From Candidatus Omnitrophota bacterium (lineage in GTDB: Bacteria; Ratteibacteria; UBA8468; MWAK01), in assembly GCA_043797665.1 (NCBI GenBank), contig JAZDPL010000011.1, positions 1-61,011 of the forward strand: a DNA stretch of 61,011 nt, read 5' to 3'. Made by a program: the position numbers and the translations under genes. Below are positions 8,500-18,147 of this stretch, piece after piece. Position 1 is the stretch's first letter, and each line of letters opens with the position of its first letter. Under the pieces are notes generated by a model. It had not been told where the DNA came from. It did no database searches and saw only the letters and a program-made list of their open reading frames with translations.

Positions 8500-8958
8500 T
8501 TAAGAGGCATTATCCAGAGCTTTATTGGCAAGAGAATCAGCGGTCTTATTCTCGTCGTGGCTCAGTTTTTCAAACGAGACCTTTTCAAATCCGGAGAGCA
8601 GATGCTTTGCCAGGAGGTGAAGGCGTTTGATGTCCTCATTTTTCACCTGAAAACGGCCGGTTACCTGATTGATTACCAGCTCGCTGTCGCTGTAAATTAT
8701 TATTGACCCCTCCTGCTGACTACATGCAGAACTTGCCCCTGTAGTAGTAAACAGGGGGGCAGACTTTACTCTCCAGAGGAGCGCTTCCGTCAGACCATAA
8801 AGCAACGCAACATACTCCGCGACATTATTGGTCGTGATACCAATCGCAAGTCCGGCCTCCTTTATCGCCTTGCCTTCGCCATCGTAGAGAGCCACACCGA
8901 TTGCGGCCCGGCCCGGGTTACCCCGGCTTGCTCCGTCGATAAAAAGGGTCAGATTCAT
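8500..8958 (-). CDS. rnhA: Ribonuclease HI-like protein with in-frame palindromic insertion
   Basis: DGASRGNPG, TNNVAEY, SDSELV, NKTADSLAN. Confidence 0.9.
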   Translation of the reverse strand: MNLTLFIDGASRGNPGRAAIGVALYDGEGKAIKEAGLAIGITTNNVAEYVALLYGLTEALLWRVKSAPLFTTTGASSACSQQEGSIIIYSDSELVINQVTGRFQVKNEDIKRLHLLAKHLLSGFEKVSFEKLSHDENKTADSLANKALDNAS

Positions 8959-8960
8959 AA

Positions 8961-9662
8961 TTATTCCAAATAGAGGATGCGGCTGCAACCGTCACAAAAA
9001 ACCGTTTCGTTTCCTTTGTGCAACTTATCCATCGTAACCGTAGGAATCCGGAAGTGGCAGCCGCTGCAGTTACCATTGGCTACGCCGGCTAAAGCCTTAC
9101 GATTCGCCTTGGTAGGCAAAATACGTTCGTAGATTGACAGTATCTCTTTAGAAACCGATCCAGACAGAACCGGTCTTTTTTTTTCTTCTTCTTCCAGCCG
9201 GAATTTGGTCTCGGCTTCTTCCTCAATCAAGACTTTCCGTTTCGTTTCCAGGAGACTTTTATCCTGCGTTACTTTCTTTTCTTCTTCCTTATAGGCGTTC
9301 TTCATCCCGCTTATTTTATCCATCAGAAGTAACGCTTTCTCCTCCTGGTCAGAAATAGCCTTTTTGGCTCGTTCAATCTCAGCCAAGACTACTGAGTATT
9401 CTTTATTCGTCTTTACTTCCATCAGGCGCTTCTGACACTTTCTTATTTCCTCTTCCCCGACGGCAAGTTCAAGTTCGGTCTCCTTTTGAAGAACCTGTTC
9501 TTTCTTAGTTTCTTTCTCCAGAACCGCCAACCGCTCCTCCTGCTTCTTTAATTCCGCTTCCAGGTCTGCTATTTCCTTCGGTATCCGGTGCATCCGCTGG
9601 GTTAATTGAAAAATAACCAGGTCTAGGTTCTGTAAATCCCTGAGTCTATCAAAAAGAACCAT
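8961..9662 (-). CDS. Coiled-coil protein with C-terminal C4 zinc ribbon (CT398/DUF164-like)
   Basis: Long coiled coil, CSGC...CDGCSRILY; adjacent to rnhA. Confidence 0.88.
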   Translation of the reverse strand: MVLFDRLRDLQNLDLVIFQLTQRMHRIPKEIADLEAELKKQEERLAVLEKETKKEQVLQKETELELAVGEEEIRKCQKRLMEVKTNKEYSVVLAEIERAKKAISDQEEKALLLMDKISGMKNAYKEEEKKVTQDKSLLETKRKVLIEEEAETKFRLEEEEKKRPVLSGSVSKEILSIYERILPTKANRKALAGVANGNCSGCHFRIPTVTMDKLHKGNETVFCDGCSRILYLE

Positions 9663-9675
9663 ACGACGTCCTTTG

Positions 9676-9734
9676 CCCTTCCCAATCCTATGGGAAGGGA
9701 ACCCGTGTTCCCGCATGCTTTAAGCGGGAATCTA
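9676..9734. repeat. Family-4 hairpin abutting a family-3 palindrome
   Basis: CCCTTCC-CAATCCTATG-GGAAGGGAACCCG followed by TTCCCGC...GCGGGAATCTA. Confidence 0.75.
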
Positions 9735-9743
9735 TTCTGTTTA

Positions 9744-10058
9744 CTAAATTTTCAACAAACTGCGAATTTTGGTCCACCAGGGGTAGCGTGGACTTGGAGC
9801 CGCTACCCTGACAATCCGGACAACCCGCTCCCCATCTTTTATTAATCCAAGTTCCTGACGCGCCAGTACTTCGGTAAGGAACGGGTCAGTCCTTAGTTGT
9901 GCTATTTCATTCTTCAAAAACCTATTCTGATAAGAAATCAGGGGAATCTGCTGGCGGTAATAACGGAGGGTGGCGGAAGAACGGGTTAGGCGCAGAAAGC
10001 CGGGTAAATACACCGCCATCAGCACCAACCATACGGCAACCTTCTTCCATCTTATCAT
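9744..10058 (-). CDS. ftsB: Septum formation initiator (FtsB/DivIC family)
   Basis: N-terminal TM, short coiled coil, DP..TE.LARQELGLIKDGE motif. Confidence 0.75.
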   Translation of the reverse strand: MIRWKKVAVWLVLMAVYLPGFLRLTRSSATLRYYRQQIPLISYQNRFLKNEIAQLRTDPFLTEVLARQELGLIKDGERVVRIVRVAAPSPRYPWWTKIRSLLKI

Positions 10059-11116
10059 AGGCGGACTTCTCTGCCGGAAGAGGCAGAACGGTAAATACCC
10101 TCAATGATTTTGCTCACCGCCAGAATTTCCGCCGGCGTAGTAACCGGCGCACGTCCCTCCCGAACACAGGAGACAAAATCTTTTATCTCGGCGTCAAAGA
10201 CGTTGACCGAAGGCAGGTCCGGAACCGTATCCGTAAGCACCCCGGAATTTTCGCCGAATATTTTCAAACCGGAGCCATCTTCTCTGGCACCGGCTTTTGT
10301 GCCAAAAAGATCATAGGTAAGGCCGGTCTGGGAATTTCCGGCCCAGGAAGCCTCCAGTACCAGTGTGGCGCCGTTTTCGAAACGGACAAAAGCTCCGGAT
10401 AAATCTTCCACATCAAAGGTACCGGTAAACTTATCGCCGACCCGGCTGTCGGGCGGCGGCCAACCGCCATCGGTAGCAATCTTTTTGAACTTCTGGTAAA
10501 TAACACCGGTGACCGAAACCGGTTTGGGTGCACCCATTAACCAGTAAGTCCTATCCAGAACATGGACACCTATATCAATTAACGGACCACCCCCGGAAAA
10601 TTTTTTGGTAGTGAACCACCCGCCCAATCCGGGTATTCCCCTCCGCCTCAGACAACCTGCCTTGGCATAATAAATATCTCCAAATTCACCCCGGTCAATC
10701 ATTTTTCTGAGAAAAGCGGAAGCGGCGGAAAAACGATGCGGAAATGCCACCATAAATTTCCGGCCGGTATTTTTCACTTTTGCCAGAATATCTTCGGTCT
10801 CTTTACTGCTCATTGCCACCGGCTTCTCGCAGAGAACGTCCTTCCCGGCAGACAAGGCCAAAATCGCCTGTTCTTTGTGGAGATAGTTGGGCGAACAAAT
10901 ACTGATGACGTCAATCTCCTTTTTCCCGATCAATTCCCGGTAATCGGCAAAGGTCTCAGGTATCTGAAACTTCTTCGCCACTGTTTCCAACTTCTTCTTA
11001 TTCGGGTCGGCGAGCGCAACGACCTCCGCTTCCGCCAACTTCTGGAAACCGGGGATGTGTCCGTACTGAGCGATACCACCGGCCCCAATAATTCCCACCT
11101 TCAACCTTTTTGCCAT
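10055..11116 (-). CDS. Gfo/Idh/MocA family oxidoreductase
   Basis: GIIGAGGIA, CEKP, GGGPLIDIGVH. Confidence 0.92.
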   Translation of the reverse strand: MAKRLKVGIIGAGGIAQYGHIPGFQKLAEAEVVALADPNKKKLETVAKKFQIPETFADYRELIGKKEIDVISICSPNYLHKEQAILALSAGKDVLCEKPVAMSSKETEDILAKVKNTGRKFMVAFPHRFSAASAFLRKMIDRGEFGDIYYAKAGCLRRRGIPGLGGWFTTKKFSGGGPLIDIGVHVLDRTYWLMGAPKPVSVTGVIYQKFKKIATDGGWPPPDSRVGDKFTGTFDVEDLSGAFVRFENGATLVLEASWAGNSQTGLTYDLFGTKAGAREDGSGLKIFGENSGVLTDTVPDLPSVNVFDAEIKDFVSCVREGRAPVTTPAEILAVSKIIEGIYRSASSGREVRL

Positions 11117-11153
11117 CTGCCGCCTCTTCTAATTTTAATTTACATCAATATTT

Positions 11154-11203
11154 GTAGGGGCTTGATTTATCAAGCCCGCGGGTCGGATAAATCCGACCCC
11201 TAC
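11154..11203. repeat. GTAG-type REP inverted doublet (50 bp)
   Basis: GTAGGGGCTTGATTTATCAAGCCC-GC-GGGTCGGATAAATCCGACCCCTAC. Confidence 0.92.
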
Positions 11204-11213
11204 GTCAAAATAT

Positions 11214-11990
11214 TTAATCGTTTGTATTAAGACGTTTCAACATGGCAATGGACTTGGGCACCATTACATCCTCTTCCCCTTCTCCTTCAAATTCCAGAGA
11301 AAGGAAGCCCCGATAGGAGGCATCGTGCAAAATTTGAAATATCTGTTTGTAATCCAACCTCTTCTCGTTACCGGATTCGTCTATTTCAAAGGTCTTGGCA
11401 TGAACAAAGACCGCTAAGGGTACTGCCTTTCGGATGGAACCGTAAGGGTCCTCAGAAAAGTTCCCGGTATCCAGGGTCAAACGGAACCAGTCCCGGCCCA
11501 CTTCTTTAATCAGAGAGAGAATCTGTTCTGCGGTCGTACCGCCGTGGTTCTCCATCGCCAGAACGATACCATAATTGTCCCGGCAATAATCCGCGCACTC
11601 CTGCAAAGCGCAGGCGGTTTTAGTAAAAACTGCGGGCTCGGATAATTCCTTGCCGCTGCCGGCAAAACAGCGCAAAACCGGCGCCCCTAAATAGGCGGCG
11701 ATATCAGCCCAGCGTTTCACCCTGGCGATTTCCTTTGTCCTTGCTACGTCGTCCGGAGTGGTGAAATGATTGCTGGCACTGACCGCAGAGATGGTTAAAC
11801 CCAAATCAATAATCTGCTTCTTCAGACTCTGCAGGTAGGACCGCTCCACCTCTTTGGGAAAGTGGATGTCCAGAAGTTCTACGCCATCCAGTTCCAACTC
11901 CCGGGCACACTTTACAATCCAGCCTTTCTGGTCTAACTTCCCGGCTTCAATGGTCCGGTGGTAAGACCAGGAACTACACCCAATCTTCAT
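11214..11990 (-). CDS. Sugar phosphate isomerase/epimerase (xylose isomerase-like TIM barrel)
   Basis: GVEL, MENHG, LDTGN, VHAK, YRGFLSLEFEG. Confidence 0.88.
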   Translation of the reverse strand: MKIGCSSWSYHRTIEAGKLDQKGWIVKCARELELDGVELLDIHFPKEVERSYLQSLKKQIIDLGLTISAVSASNHFTTPDDVARTKEIARVKRWADIAAYLGAPVLRCFAGSGKELSEPAVFTKTACALQECADYCRDNYGIVLAMENHGGTTAEQILSLIKEVGRDWFRLTLDTGNFSEDPYGSIRKAVPLAVFVHAKTFEIDESGNEKRLDYKQIFQILHDASYRGFLSLEFEGEGEEDVMVPKSIAMLKRLNTND

Positions 11991-12010
11991 AATCCTCCCT
12001 GTTAAAGGAT

Positions 12011-12037
12011 AGATTCTTCGTTGCACTCAGAATGACA
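12011..12037. repeat. Family-2 palindrome
   Basis: AGATTCTTCGTTGCACTCAGAATGACA. Confidence 0.85.
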
Positions 12038-12063
12038 CTTTGTGTCAATTTGGTTAATATATA

Positions 12064-12138
12064 ATTATAAGCCATCAGCGGAGGTGGTGTCAAAAACTCC
12101 GGTTGGAATTGACGCAGACCACCGGAGAATGGTATCTT
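12064..12138. promoter_or_regulatory. Divergent sigma70-like promoters
   Basis: Minus: TTGACA (12088-93)-N18-TATAAT (12064-69). Plus: TTGACG (12109-14)-N18-TATCTT (12133-38) with TG extension. Confidence 0.6.
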
Positions 12139-12146
12139 AATTCCCG

Positions 12147-14030
12147 ATGACTAAGATGAGTGAGTTTGACCTGTATCTCTTTAACGAGGGGACCCTCTAC
12201 CGGGCTTACGAAAGGTTGGGTACCCATCTGAGGACGGTTGAAGGCAGGGCCGGCGTCTTCTTTGCAGTCTGGGCGCCAAACGCCCGGAAGGTAAGCGTGA
12301 TCGGCAATTTCAACAACTGGGACGGCAATAAAAACCTGATGCATCCGGTCGGCTCTTCCGGAATCCGGGAAACGTTCGTTCCGGACTTGACCGAGGGGAC
12401 TCTTTACAAGTACGAAATTACTACCAAAAAAGGCGACGTCTTCCACAAGGCTGACCCTTACGCCTTCTTCTCTGAAGTCAGACCGAAAAGCGCCTCCATC
12501 GTCTGGGGCATCAACAAGTACCGGTGGCAGGACATAGAGTGGATGACAAAACGAAAGGAAAAAGCACGCCTGGATGGTCCGATGGCTACCTACGAAGTCC
12601 ATCTGGGTTCCTGGATGCGGGGACCGGATAATACTTTCTTGAATTACCGGGAGATGGCGGAGCGGCTGGCGGAATACGTTAAGAATATGGGCTTTACCCA
12701 CATTGAACTTCTGCCCATAACAGAACATCCGTTAGATGAATCCTGGGGTTACCAGACCACCGGTTATTTCGCACCGACCAGCCGGTTTGGCACACCGGAT
12801 GACTTTGCTTTCTTCGTAGACTTCCTCCACCGGGAGGGAATCGGCGTGATTATGGACTGGGTGCCGGCTCATTTTCCCAAGGATAGCCATAGTCTGAGTT
12901 GGTTTGACGGCACCGCCTTATACGAACACTTAGACCCGCGTCAGGGAGAACACAAAGATTGGGGAACCGCCATCTTTAATTACGGACGACCGGAAGTATC
13001 CAACTTTTTGACTAACAGCGCCTTATTCTGGTTGGATAAGTACCACCTGGACGGACTGAGAATCGATGCGGTTGCCTCAATGCTCTACCTTGACTATTCC
13101 CGCAAAAGCGGAGAATGGATTCCCAATAAGTACGGCGGAAACGAAAACCTGGAAGCGATTGCTTTTCTTAAAAGACTCAACGAGGTTATCTACCAATACC
13201 ATCCGGATACTTTTACCGTGGCGGAAGAATCCACTGCCTGGACCATGGTCTCCCGGCCTACCTACGTAGGTGGTTTAGGTTTTGGTTATAAGTGGAATAT
13301 GGGCTGGATGAACGACACGCTTTCTTACTTTTCCAAGGAGCCGATACATCGTAAATACCATCACCAGAACCTCACTTTCAGCCTCCTTTATGCCTTCAGC
13401 GAAAACTTCATCCTCCCTCTTTCTCACGACGAGGTGGTCCACGGAAAGGGCGCGCTGCTGGCTAAGATGCCCGGAGATGACTGGCAGAAATTTGCCAATC
13501 TGAGGCTTCTCTTAGGCTACTTTTATACCCACCCGGGTAAAAAACTCCTCTTTATGGGTGCGGAAATCGGCCAGTGGCGGGAATGGAACTGTTCAGGCGG
13601 TCTCAGTTGGGACTTACTACAGTACGAACGCCACCAGAAACTCCAGCGGTTCGTCCAGGACATTAACCGACTCTACCGGAGTGAACCATCCCTACACCAG
13701 TCTGACTTTGAACCGGCTGGTTTTGAATGGATAGATTTCCACGATGTGGAAGGAAGTGTTATCGCTTATCAGCGTTTTGCAGAAGATAGAAAAGACTCGG
13801 TAATTGTAATCTGTAACTTTACCCAGGTCCCCAGACATAACTACCGCCTCGGCGTTTCCCAGCCGGGCCGGTACCGGGAGATGTTCAACAGCGACTCCGC
13901 TTACTACGGCGGGAGTAACCTGGGTAATGGAAGTATAATTACCAGCGAAGAAGTACCCTGGAACAACCGCTCCGGCTCTCTCTCCTTAACCCTGCCTCCG
14001 TTAGCCGCTCTGATTCTGAAGCACACCTAA
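12147..14030 (+). CDS. glgB: 1,4-alpha-glucan branching enzyme (GH13), short N-terminus
   Basis: [44 protein letters not shown]. Confidence 0.97.
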   Translation: MTKMSEFDLYLFNEGTLYRAYERLGTHLRTVEGRAGVFFAVWAPNARKVSVIGNFNNWDGNKNLMHPVGSSGIRETFVPDLTEGTLYKYEITTKKGDVFHKADPYAFFSEVRPKSASIVWGINKYRWQDIEWMTKRKEKARLDGPMATYEVHLGSWMRGPDNTFLNYREMAERLAEYVKNMGFTHIELLPITEHPLDESWGYQTTGYFAPTSRFGTPDDFAFFVDFLHREGIGVIMDWVPAHFPKDSHSLSWFDGTALYEHLDPRQGEHKDWGTAIFNYGRPEVSNFLTNSALFWLDKYHLDGLRIDAVASMLYLDYSRKSGEWIPNKYGGNENLEAIAFLKRLNEVIYQYHPDTFTVAEESTAWTMVSRPTYVGGLGFGYKWNMGWMNDTLSYFSKEPIHRKYHHQNLTFSLLYAFSENFILPLSHDEVVHGKGALLAKMPGDDWQKFANLRLLLGYFYTHPGKKLLFMGAEIGQWREWNCSGGLSWDLLQYERHQKLQRFVQDINRLYRSEPSLHQSDFEPAGFEWIDFHDVEGSVIAYQRFAEDRKDSVIVICNFTQVPRHNYRLGVSQPGRYREMFNSDSAYYGGSNLGNGSIITSEEVPWNNRSGSLSLTLPPLAALILKHT

Positions 14031-14059
14031 ATCTGACATTCCCGTACTTCACTGAATAT

Positions 14060-14479
14060 TTACCGGAAAAGTTTCAGGAAATCTCCGGGCCGGGCTATTT
14101 TGATATTATGAAACTCTCCCACATCCAAAAGATGCCGGTCACCACTTACAAGATATTGTGCCTTGCCATCCAAAGCCAGGTCGAGAAACTTATTGTCAGA
14201 GAGATCATTTTTTATCACTTCAATTTCTGTCTTCACCTCCACGATCTGAACGTAAGGAATTAGTTCCTTCTCAATAATCTGCCTGATATCTGTTCTATTC
14301 AAAGCAAATTTTGGGTAGGATAATACTTTCAGGTATTCCGCCAGAATTTCTCTGGAGATTAAAAATACAAACTCTCCTTTTTGCCATAGGTCAACCAACC
14401 GGTTTATCTCTCCCGGAAAAAGAATGGCGGAAACAAATACATTCGTATCGATGACTACTCTCAGCCTGGCGCCTGTCAT
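14060..14479 (-). CDS. PIN-domain putative toxin (VapC-like)
   Basis: VVIDTNV, SDNKFLDLA, LVSGDRHLL; ATGA overlap with the antitoxin. Confidence 0.9.
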   Translation of the reverse strand: MTGARLRVVIDTNVFVSAILFPGEINRLVDLWQKGEFVFLISREILAEYLKVLSYPKFALNRTDIRQIIEKELIPYVQIVEVKTEIEVIKNDLSDNKFLDLALDGKAQYLVSGDRHLLDVGEFHNIKIARPGDFLKLFR

Positions 14480-14706
14480 TTCTTTCGTGCCCACCGGATC
14501 GCTTCTTCTATATCCTGTTCTGTGAGCCCCAGTGCGAATATCTTTTTTCTAATCCGGGTGAGGGAGACAATCGGTTCCATCTCCACCGGTGTCAGGATAA
14601 TCTGTTCGTCTTCTATCCCGACTTTAAGATACTCAAAATCTCCGAACTGTTCCACAATCTTTTTGGGCAGAGTAATCTGATTTTTATAAGTTTTTTTACA
14701 GAGCAT
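14476..14706 (-). CDS. AbrB/MazE-type antitoxin
   Basis: KNQITLPKKI...IILTP; GGAGG SD; upstream of PIN. Confidence 0.85.
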   Translation of the reverse strand: MLCKKTYKNQITLPKKIVEQFGDFEYLKVGIEDEQIILTPVEMEPIVSLTRIRKKIFALGLTEQDIEEAIRWARKK

Positions 14707-14729
14707 AGAGGTCCACCTCCATTGTGGGA

Positions 14730-14765
14730 AGGATACCATGTAGTAAGGATTCTGTCAAGTAAGGA
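14730..14765 (-). promoter_or_regulatory. TA promoter TTGACA-N17-TATCCT with candidate operator direct repeats
   Basis: TGTCAA at 14753-58 and AGGATA at 14730-35; AGTAAGGA repeated at 14742-49 and 14758-65. Confidence 0.6.
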
Positions 14766-14782
14766 AAGACAGAAAGCGTTAC

Positions 14783-14809
14783 GGATTCTTCGCTACGCTC
14801 AGAATGACA
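14783..14809. repeat. Family-2 palindrome
   Basis: GGATTCTTCGCTACGCTCAGAATGACA. Confidence 0.85.
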
Positions 14810-14821
14810 TACCCCTTAATT

Positions 14822-15841
14822 TTACTCGATGTCGCGCAGGTAGGCGGCGGCTTCTTCCGGCGGGGTGGGATTGATGTAAAAACCTGTCCCCCACTCAAAG
14901 CCGGCGATACCGGTAACCCGGGGAACAATCTCCAGGTGCCAGTGGTAGTCTTTGTCAATCGTCTGCCAGAATCCGGACCGGGGAACCCGGTTGGGCGCGG
15001 TATGAATCAGGTAGTTGTAAGGGGGACTATTTAGAGCCTGGTTGATACGGACAAGGGTCTTCTTCAAAACACCGGCCAAATCATTACGCTCTATCTCATC
15101 CATCTGGTCAAAATCAGGATGGTGCCGTTTGGGTAAAATCCAGGTTTCAAAAGGGAAACAGGCGGCAAACGGCGACAAGACAAGGAAGTGCTGGGTCTCC
15201 TGGATAATCCGTTTTCCGGAATCTAATTCCTGCTCAATGATGTCGCAAAAGATACACCTTTCCTTTAACTTGTAGTGTTCCGCACTTCCGATTAGTTCTT
15301 CCCGGACCCGTTTGGGTGTTACCGGAGTGGCGATTAACTGGGAATGACTGTGTTCCAAAGAAGCCCCGGCGCCCTCACCGCAGTTTTTAAAAATAAGGAC
15401 ATAACGGAACCTGAGGTCTTTCTTAAGGTCCAGGGAACGTACCTGATAGGCTAAGATTATCTCGGCAATCTCTTTTTCGGAAAGTTCTGCGGTATCAACC
15501 AGGTGCCGGCTGGTCTCCACGATTACTTCGTGCGCGCCGATGCCGTTCATCTGGTCAAACATTCCGATTCCCCGGCGGTCGAATCCGCCTTCAATGGCTA
15601 ATGCGGGATACTTGTTGGACACCACCCTTACCCACCAGCCCGGTTCGTCCGGCTTGGTGCCGGGTTTGCGGAAAGCCATAATTTCCGGCGGCGTCTTGGA
15701 TTCGTTCCCTTCACAAAAAGGGCAAAAACCACCTTTCATTGTAGTCCGGCTTTCAAAAACAAAATCACTGGGCCGGCGGGCACGGTCGGTGGAAATGATT
15801 ACCCAGCGGTTAACAATCGGGTCCCTTCTTAATTGTGGCAT
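14822..15841 (-). CDS. galT: GalT-family nucleotidyltransferase
   Basis: CPFC, NKYPAL, GAHEVIVE, GASLEHSHSQ, CIFC, GFEWGTG. Confidence 0.88.
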   Translation of the reverse strand: MPQLRRDPIVNRWVIISTDRARRPSDFVFESRTTMKGGFCPFCEGNESKTPPEIMAFRKPGTKPDEPGWWVRVVSNKYPALAIEGGFDRRGIGMFDQMNGIGAHEVIVETSRHLVDTAELSEKEIAEIILAYQVRSLDLKKDLRFRYVLIFKNCGEGAGASLEHSHSQLIATPVTPKRVREELIGSAEHYKLKERCIFCDIIEQELDSGKRIIQETQHFLVLSPFAACFPFETWILPKRHHPDFDQMDEIERNDLAGVLKKTLVRINQALNSPPYNYLIHTAPNRVPRSGFWQTIDKDYHWHLEIVPRVTGIAGFEWGTGFYINPTPPEEAAAYLRDIE

Positions 15842-15855
15842 GTAACCTCCTTCAT

Positions 15856-15905
15856 GTAGGGGGCGGATTCATCCGCCCCGCGGGCTTGATAAATCAAGCC
15901 CCTAC
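15856..15905. repeat. GTAG-type REP inverted doublet
   Basis: GTAGGGGGCGGATTCATCCGCCCC-GC-GGGCTTGATAAATCAAGCCCCTAC. Confidence 0.92.
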
Positions 15906-15923
15906 GGTTATAGGAATCAAAAA

Positions 15924-15945
15924 GTGCGATAAATCACACCGCTAC
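15924..15945 (-). repeat. Single degenerate GTAG REP supplying the gatA stop codon
   Basis: Minus strand GTAGCGGTGTGATTTATCGCAC. Confidence 0.7.
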
Positions 15946-17378
15946 CTCATTTCTTGCTCTAAATGATGGGCAAACCGTAAAACGTTATCTTCGGCAAAGG
16001 CCGGTCCTAAAATCTGCAGACCCGCCGGCAATCTATCCCTGATAAAACCGATGGGCAGACTCAAACCGGGGATACCAGCCAGATTGGTGGAGACGGTGTA
16101 AACGTCGGAAAGGTACATCTGCAACGGATTGGTAACCTTTTCGCCGATTTTGAAAGCCGGCGTGGGTGAAGTAGGCGTAAGAATTAGGTCCACCTCACTA
16201 AAGGCATTTTCAAAGTCCTGGCGGATAAGGGTCCGGACCTTCTGAGCCTTGCGATAATAAGCCTCATAGTAGCCGGTGGAAAGGACAAAAGTACCCATAA
16301 TGATACGCCTCTTCACCTCGGCACCAAAGCCCTCGTCCCGGCTGGCTTCGTAAAGTTGCCGCATCGACTCGGTACCATCTTTGCGGAAACCGTAACGAAC
16401 TCCGTCAAAACGGGCTAAATTGGCACTGGCTTCTGCGGTAGCTAAGACATAGTAGGTTGCGATGGCATAGGGCGTGTGGGGAAGGGAAATTTCAGACACC
16501 TTAACACCGGAACTGCGCACCGTACTTAAAACAGCCTCTATCTTCTTCGCTACTTCACCGTCAAGCCCCTGGCCGAAATACTCTTTCGGAAGACCGACCT
16601 TCAAACCGGGAACGGGTTCCTTAAGCAGTCTAGGGTAATCCGGTACTTCCTTCTCTGCCGAAGTGGAATCCATCGGGTCAAAACCCGCTATCTCTTTAAG
16701 GATAACGGCGGAATCTTCTACCGTCCTGGTAAACGGTCCAATCTGGTCCAGGGAAGAAGCAAAGGCGACCAGACCGTACCGGGATACCCGACCGTAGGTC
16801 GGCTTCAGACCGACCACGCCGCAAAAGGAAGCCGGTTGCCGGATGGAACCTCCGGTATCGGAACCCAAAGCAGCCACTGCCAGACCGGCGGACACCGCAG
16901 CCGCAGAACCACCGCTGCTGCCGCCGGGAACATGCTCTAAATTAAAGGGGTTGCGGGTGGGACCAAAAGCCGAGTTTTCGGTGGAGGAACCAAAAGCAAA
17001 TTCGTCCATATTGGACTTACCCAAAAAGATGACGTTCCGGTCTCTCAGCCGTTTTATTACCGTGGCGTCGTAAGGTGAGACAAAATTCTCCAGGATGCGG
17101 GAGGCACAGGTGGTCTTTGTCCCTTCCTGACAGATATTGTCCTTTATCGCCATCGGAATTCCGGCCAGAAGGGGAAGGTTCTCTCCCAGAGCGAGCCTCC
17201 GGTCAATTTCTTTTGCCTGCTGAAGAGCGGATTCTTCGTTCAGGGAAAGGAAGGCGTGGATAGAGGGGTCTTTTTCTTTTATCCGGGCATAGAAACCGGA
17301 GATGACCTCAACGACCGAAACTGTTTTCTTCCGGTAAAGTTCCGCTAATTCTCTAATACTCAATTTCTCTAATTCCAT
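15942..17378 (-). CDS. gatA: Glu/Asp-tRNA amidotransferase subunit A
   Basis: KDNI, GKSNMDEFAFGSS, PGGSSGGSAAAV, GSDTGGSIRQP, NLARFDGVRYG. Confidence 0.97.
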   Translation of the reverse strand: MELEKLSIRELAELYRKKTVSVVEVISGFYARIKEKDPSIHAFLSLNEESALQQAKEIDRRLALGENLPLLAGIPMAIKDNICQEGTKTTCASRILENFVSPYDATVIKRLRDRNVIFLGKSNMDEFAFGSSTENSAFGPTRNPFNLEHVPGGSSGGSAAAVSAGLAVAALGSDTGGSIRQPASFCGVVGLKPTYGRVSRYGLVAFASSLDQIGPFTRTVEDSAVILKEIAGFDPMDSTSAEKEVPDYPRLLKEPVPGLKVGLPKEYFGQGLDGEVAKKIEAVLSTVRSSGVKVSEISLPHTPYAIATYYVLATAEASANLARFDGVRYGFRKDGTESMRQLYEASRDEGFGAEVKRRIIMGTFVLSTGYYEAYYRKAQKVRTLIRQDFENAFSEVDLILTPTSPTPAFKIGEKVTNPLQMYLSDVYTVSTNLAGIPGLSLPIGFIRDRLPAGLQILGPAFAEDNVLRFAHHLEQEMR

Positions 17379-17394
17379 CTCTAATACAAACATC

Positions 17395-17444
17395 GTAGGG
17401 GTTTGATTCATCAAACCCGCGGGCGCCATGAATGGCGCCCCTAC
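17395..17444. repeat. GTAG-type REP inverted doublet
   Basis: GTAGGGGTTTGATTCATCAAACCC-GC-GGGCGCCATGAATGGCGCCCCTAC. Confidence 0.92.
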
Positions 17445-17470
17445 ATCTCAATAGGATATATAGGATTGCA

Positions 17471-18142
17471 TCAATTTTTGCACAGGTCCGGTCTTAAGTT
17501 CCTGGTCCTCTCCTCCGCCATTTTAGTGCGCCACTGCGCAATCTTTTTGTGGTCTCCGGAAAGCAGGACTTCCGGAACCTTCATCCCTTCCCAATCTGCG
17601 GGCCGGGTATAATGAGGCCAGTCTAAAAGACCGTCGGAAAATGAATCCTCTTCCGCAGCGCCGGCCGGCAAAACTCCGGACAGAATCCTGGTTACGGCAT
17701 CAATCACTACCACGGCGGCCGGTTCGCCTCCGGTAAGGACATAGTCGCCGATTGAGAGTTCCAAATCGCAAAGAGCCCTTACCCGTTCGTCTATCCCTTC
17801 GTAATGTCCGCAGATAAAAATAAGCCCTTTTTCCTGAGAAAGTTCCCGCGCTGATGTTTGATTGAAGACCTTGCCGGCGGGTGAAAGGAGTATCGTTCTG
17901 GCGTCTTTATTCTCTTCTTTTACCTTTTTTATTGCCCTGGCGAGGGGTGCTACCATCATCACCATTCCCACACCGCCGCCGAAGGGTTTGTCGTCTACCT
18001 TGCGGTGCCGGTCAGTGGTGAAATCACGCAAGTTATGGATAGCCACATCCAGAGCACCGGATGCTTTCGCCCGGCCGATAATGCTCAAGTCAAGAGGCGC
18101 AAATGCCTCCGGAAATATCGTAATAATATCCACCCGCAACAT
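17471..18142 (-). CDS. trmD: tRNA (guanine37-N1)-methyltransferase
   Basis: VDDKPFGGG, CGHYEGIDER, SIGDYVLTGGE, HYTRP. Confidence 0.97.
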   Translation of the reverse strand: MLRVDIITIFPEAFAPLDLSIIGRAKASGALDVAIHNLRDFTTDRHRKVDDKPFGGGVGMVMMVAPLARAIKKVKEENKDARTILLSPAGKVFNQTSARELSQEKGLIFICGHYEGIDERVRALCDLELSIGDYVLTGGEPAAVVVIDAVTRILSGVLPAGAAEEDSFSDGLLDWPHYTRPADWEGMKVPEVLLSGDHKKIAQWRTKMAEERTRNLRPDLCKN

Positions 18143-18147
18143 TATAT

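Noticed and set aside
12033..12047. TGACAC-TTT-GTGTCA palindrome as an operator
   Set aside because: One half is just the end of a family-2 repeat; single occurrence
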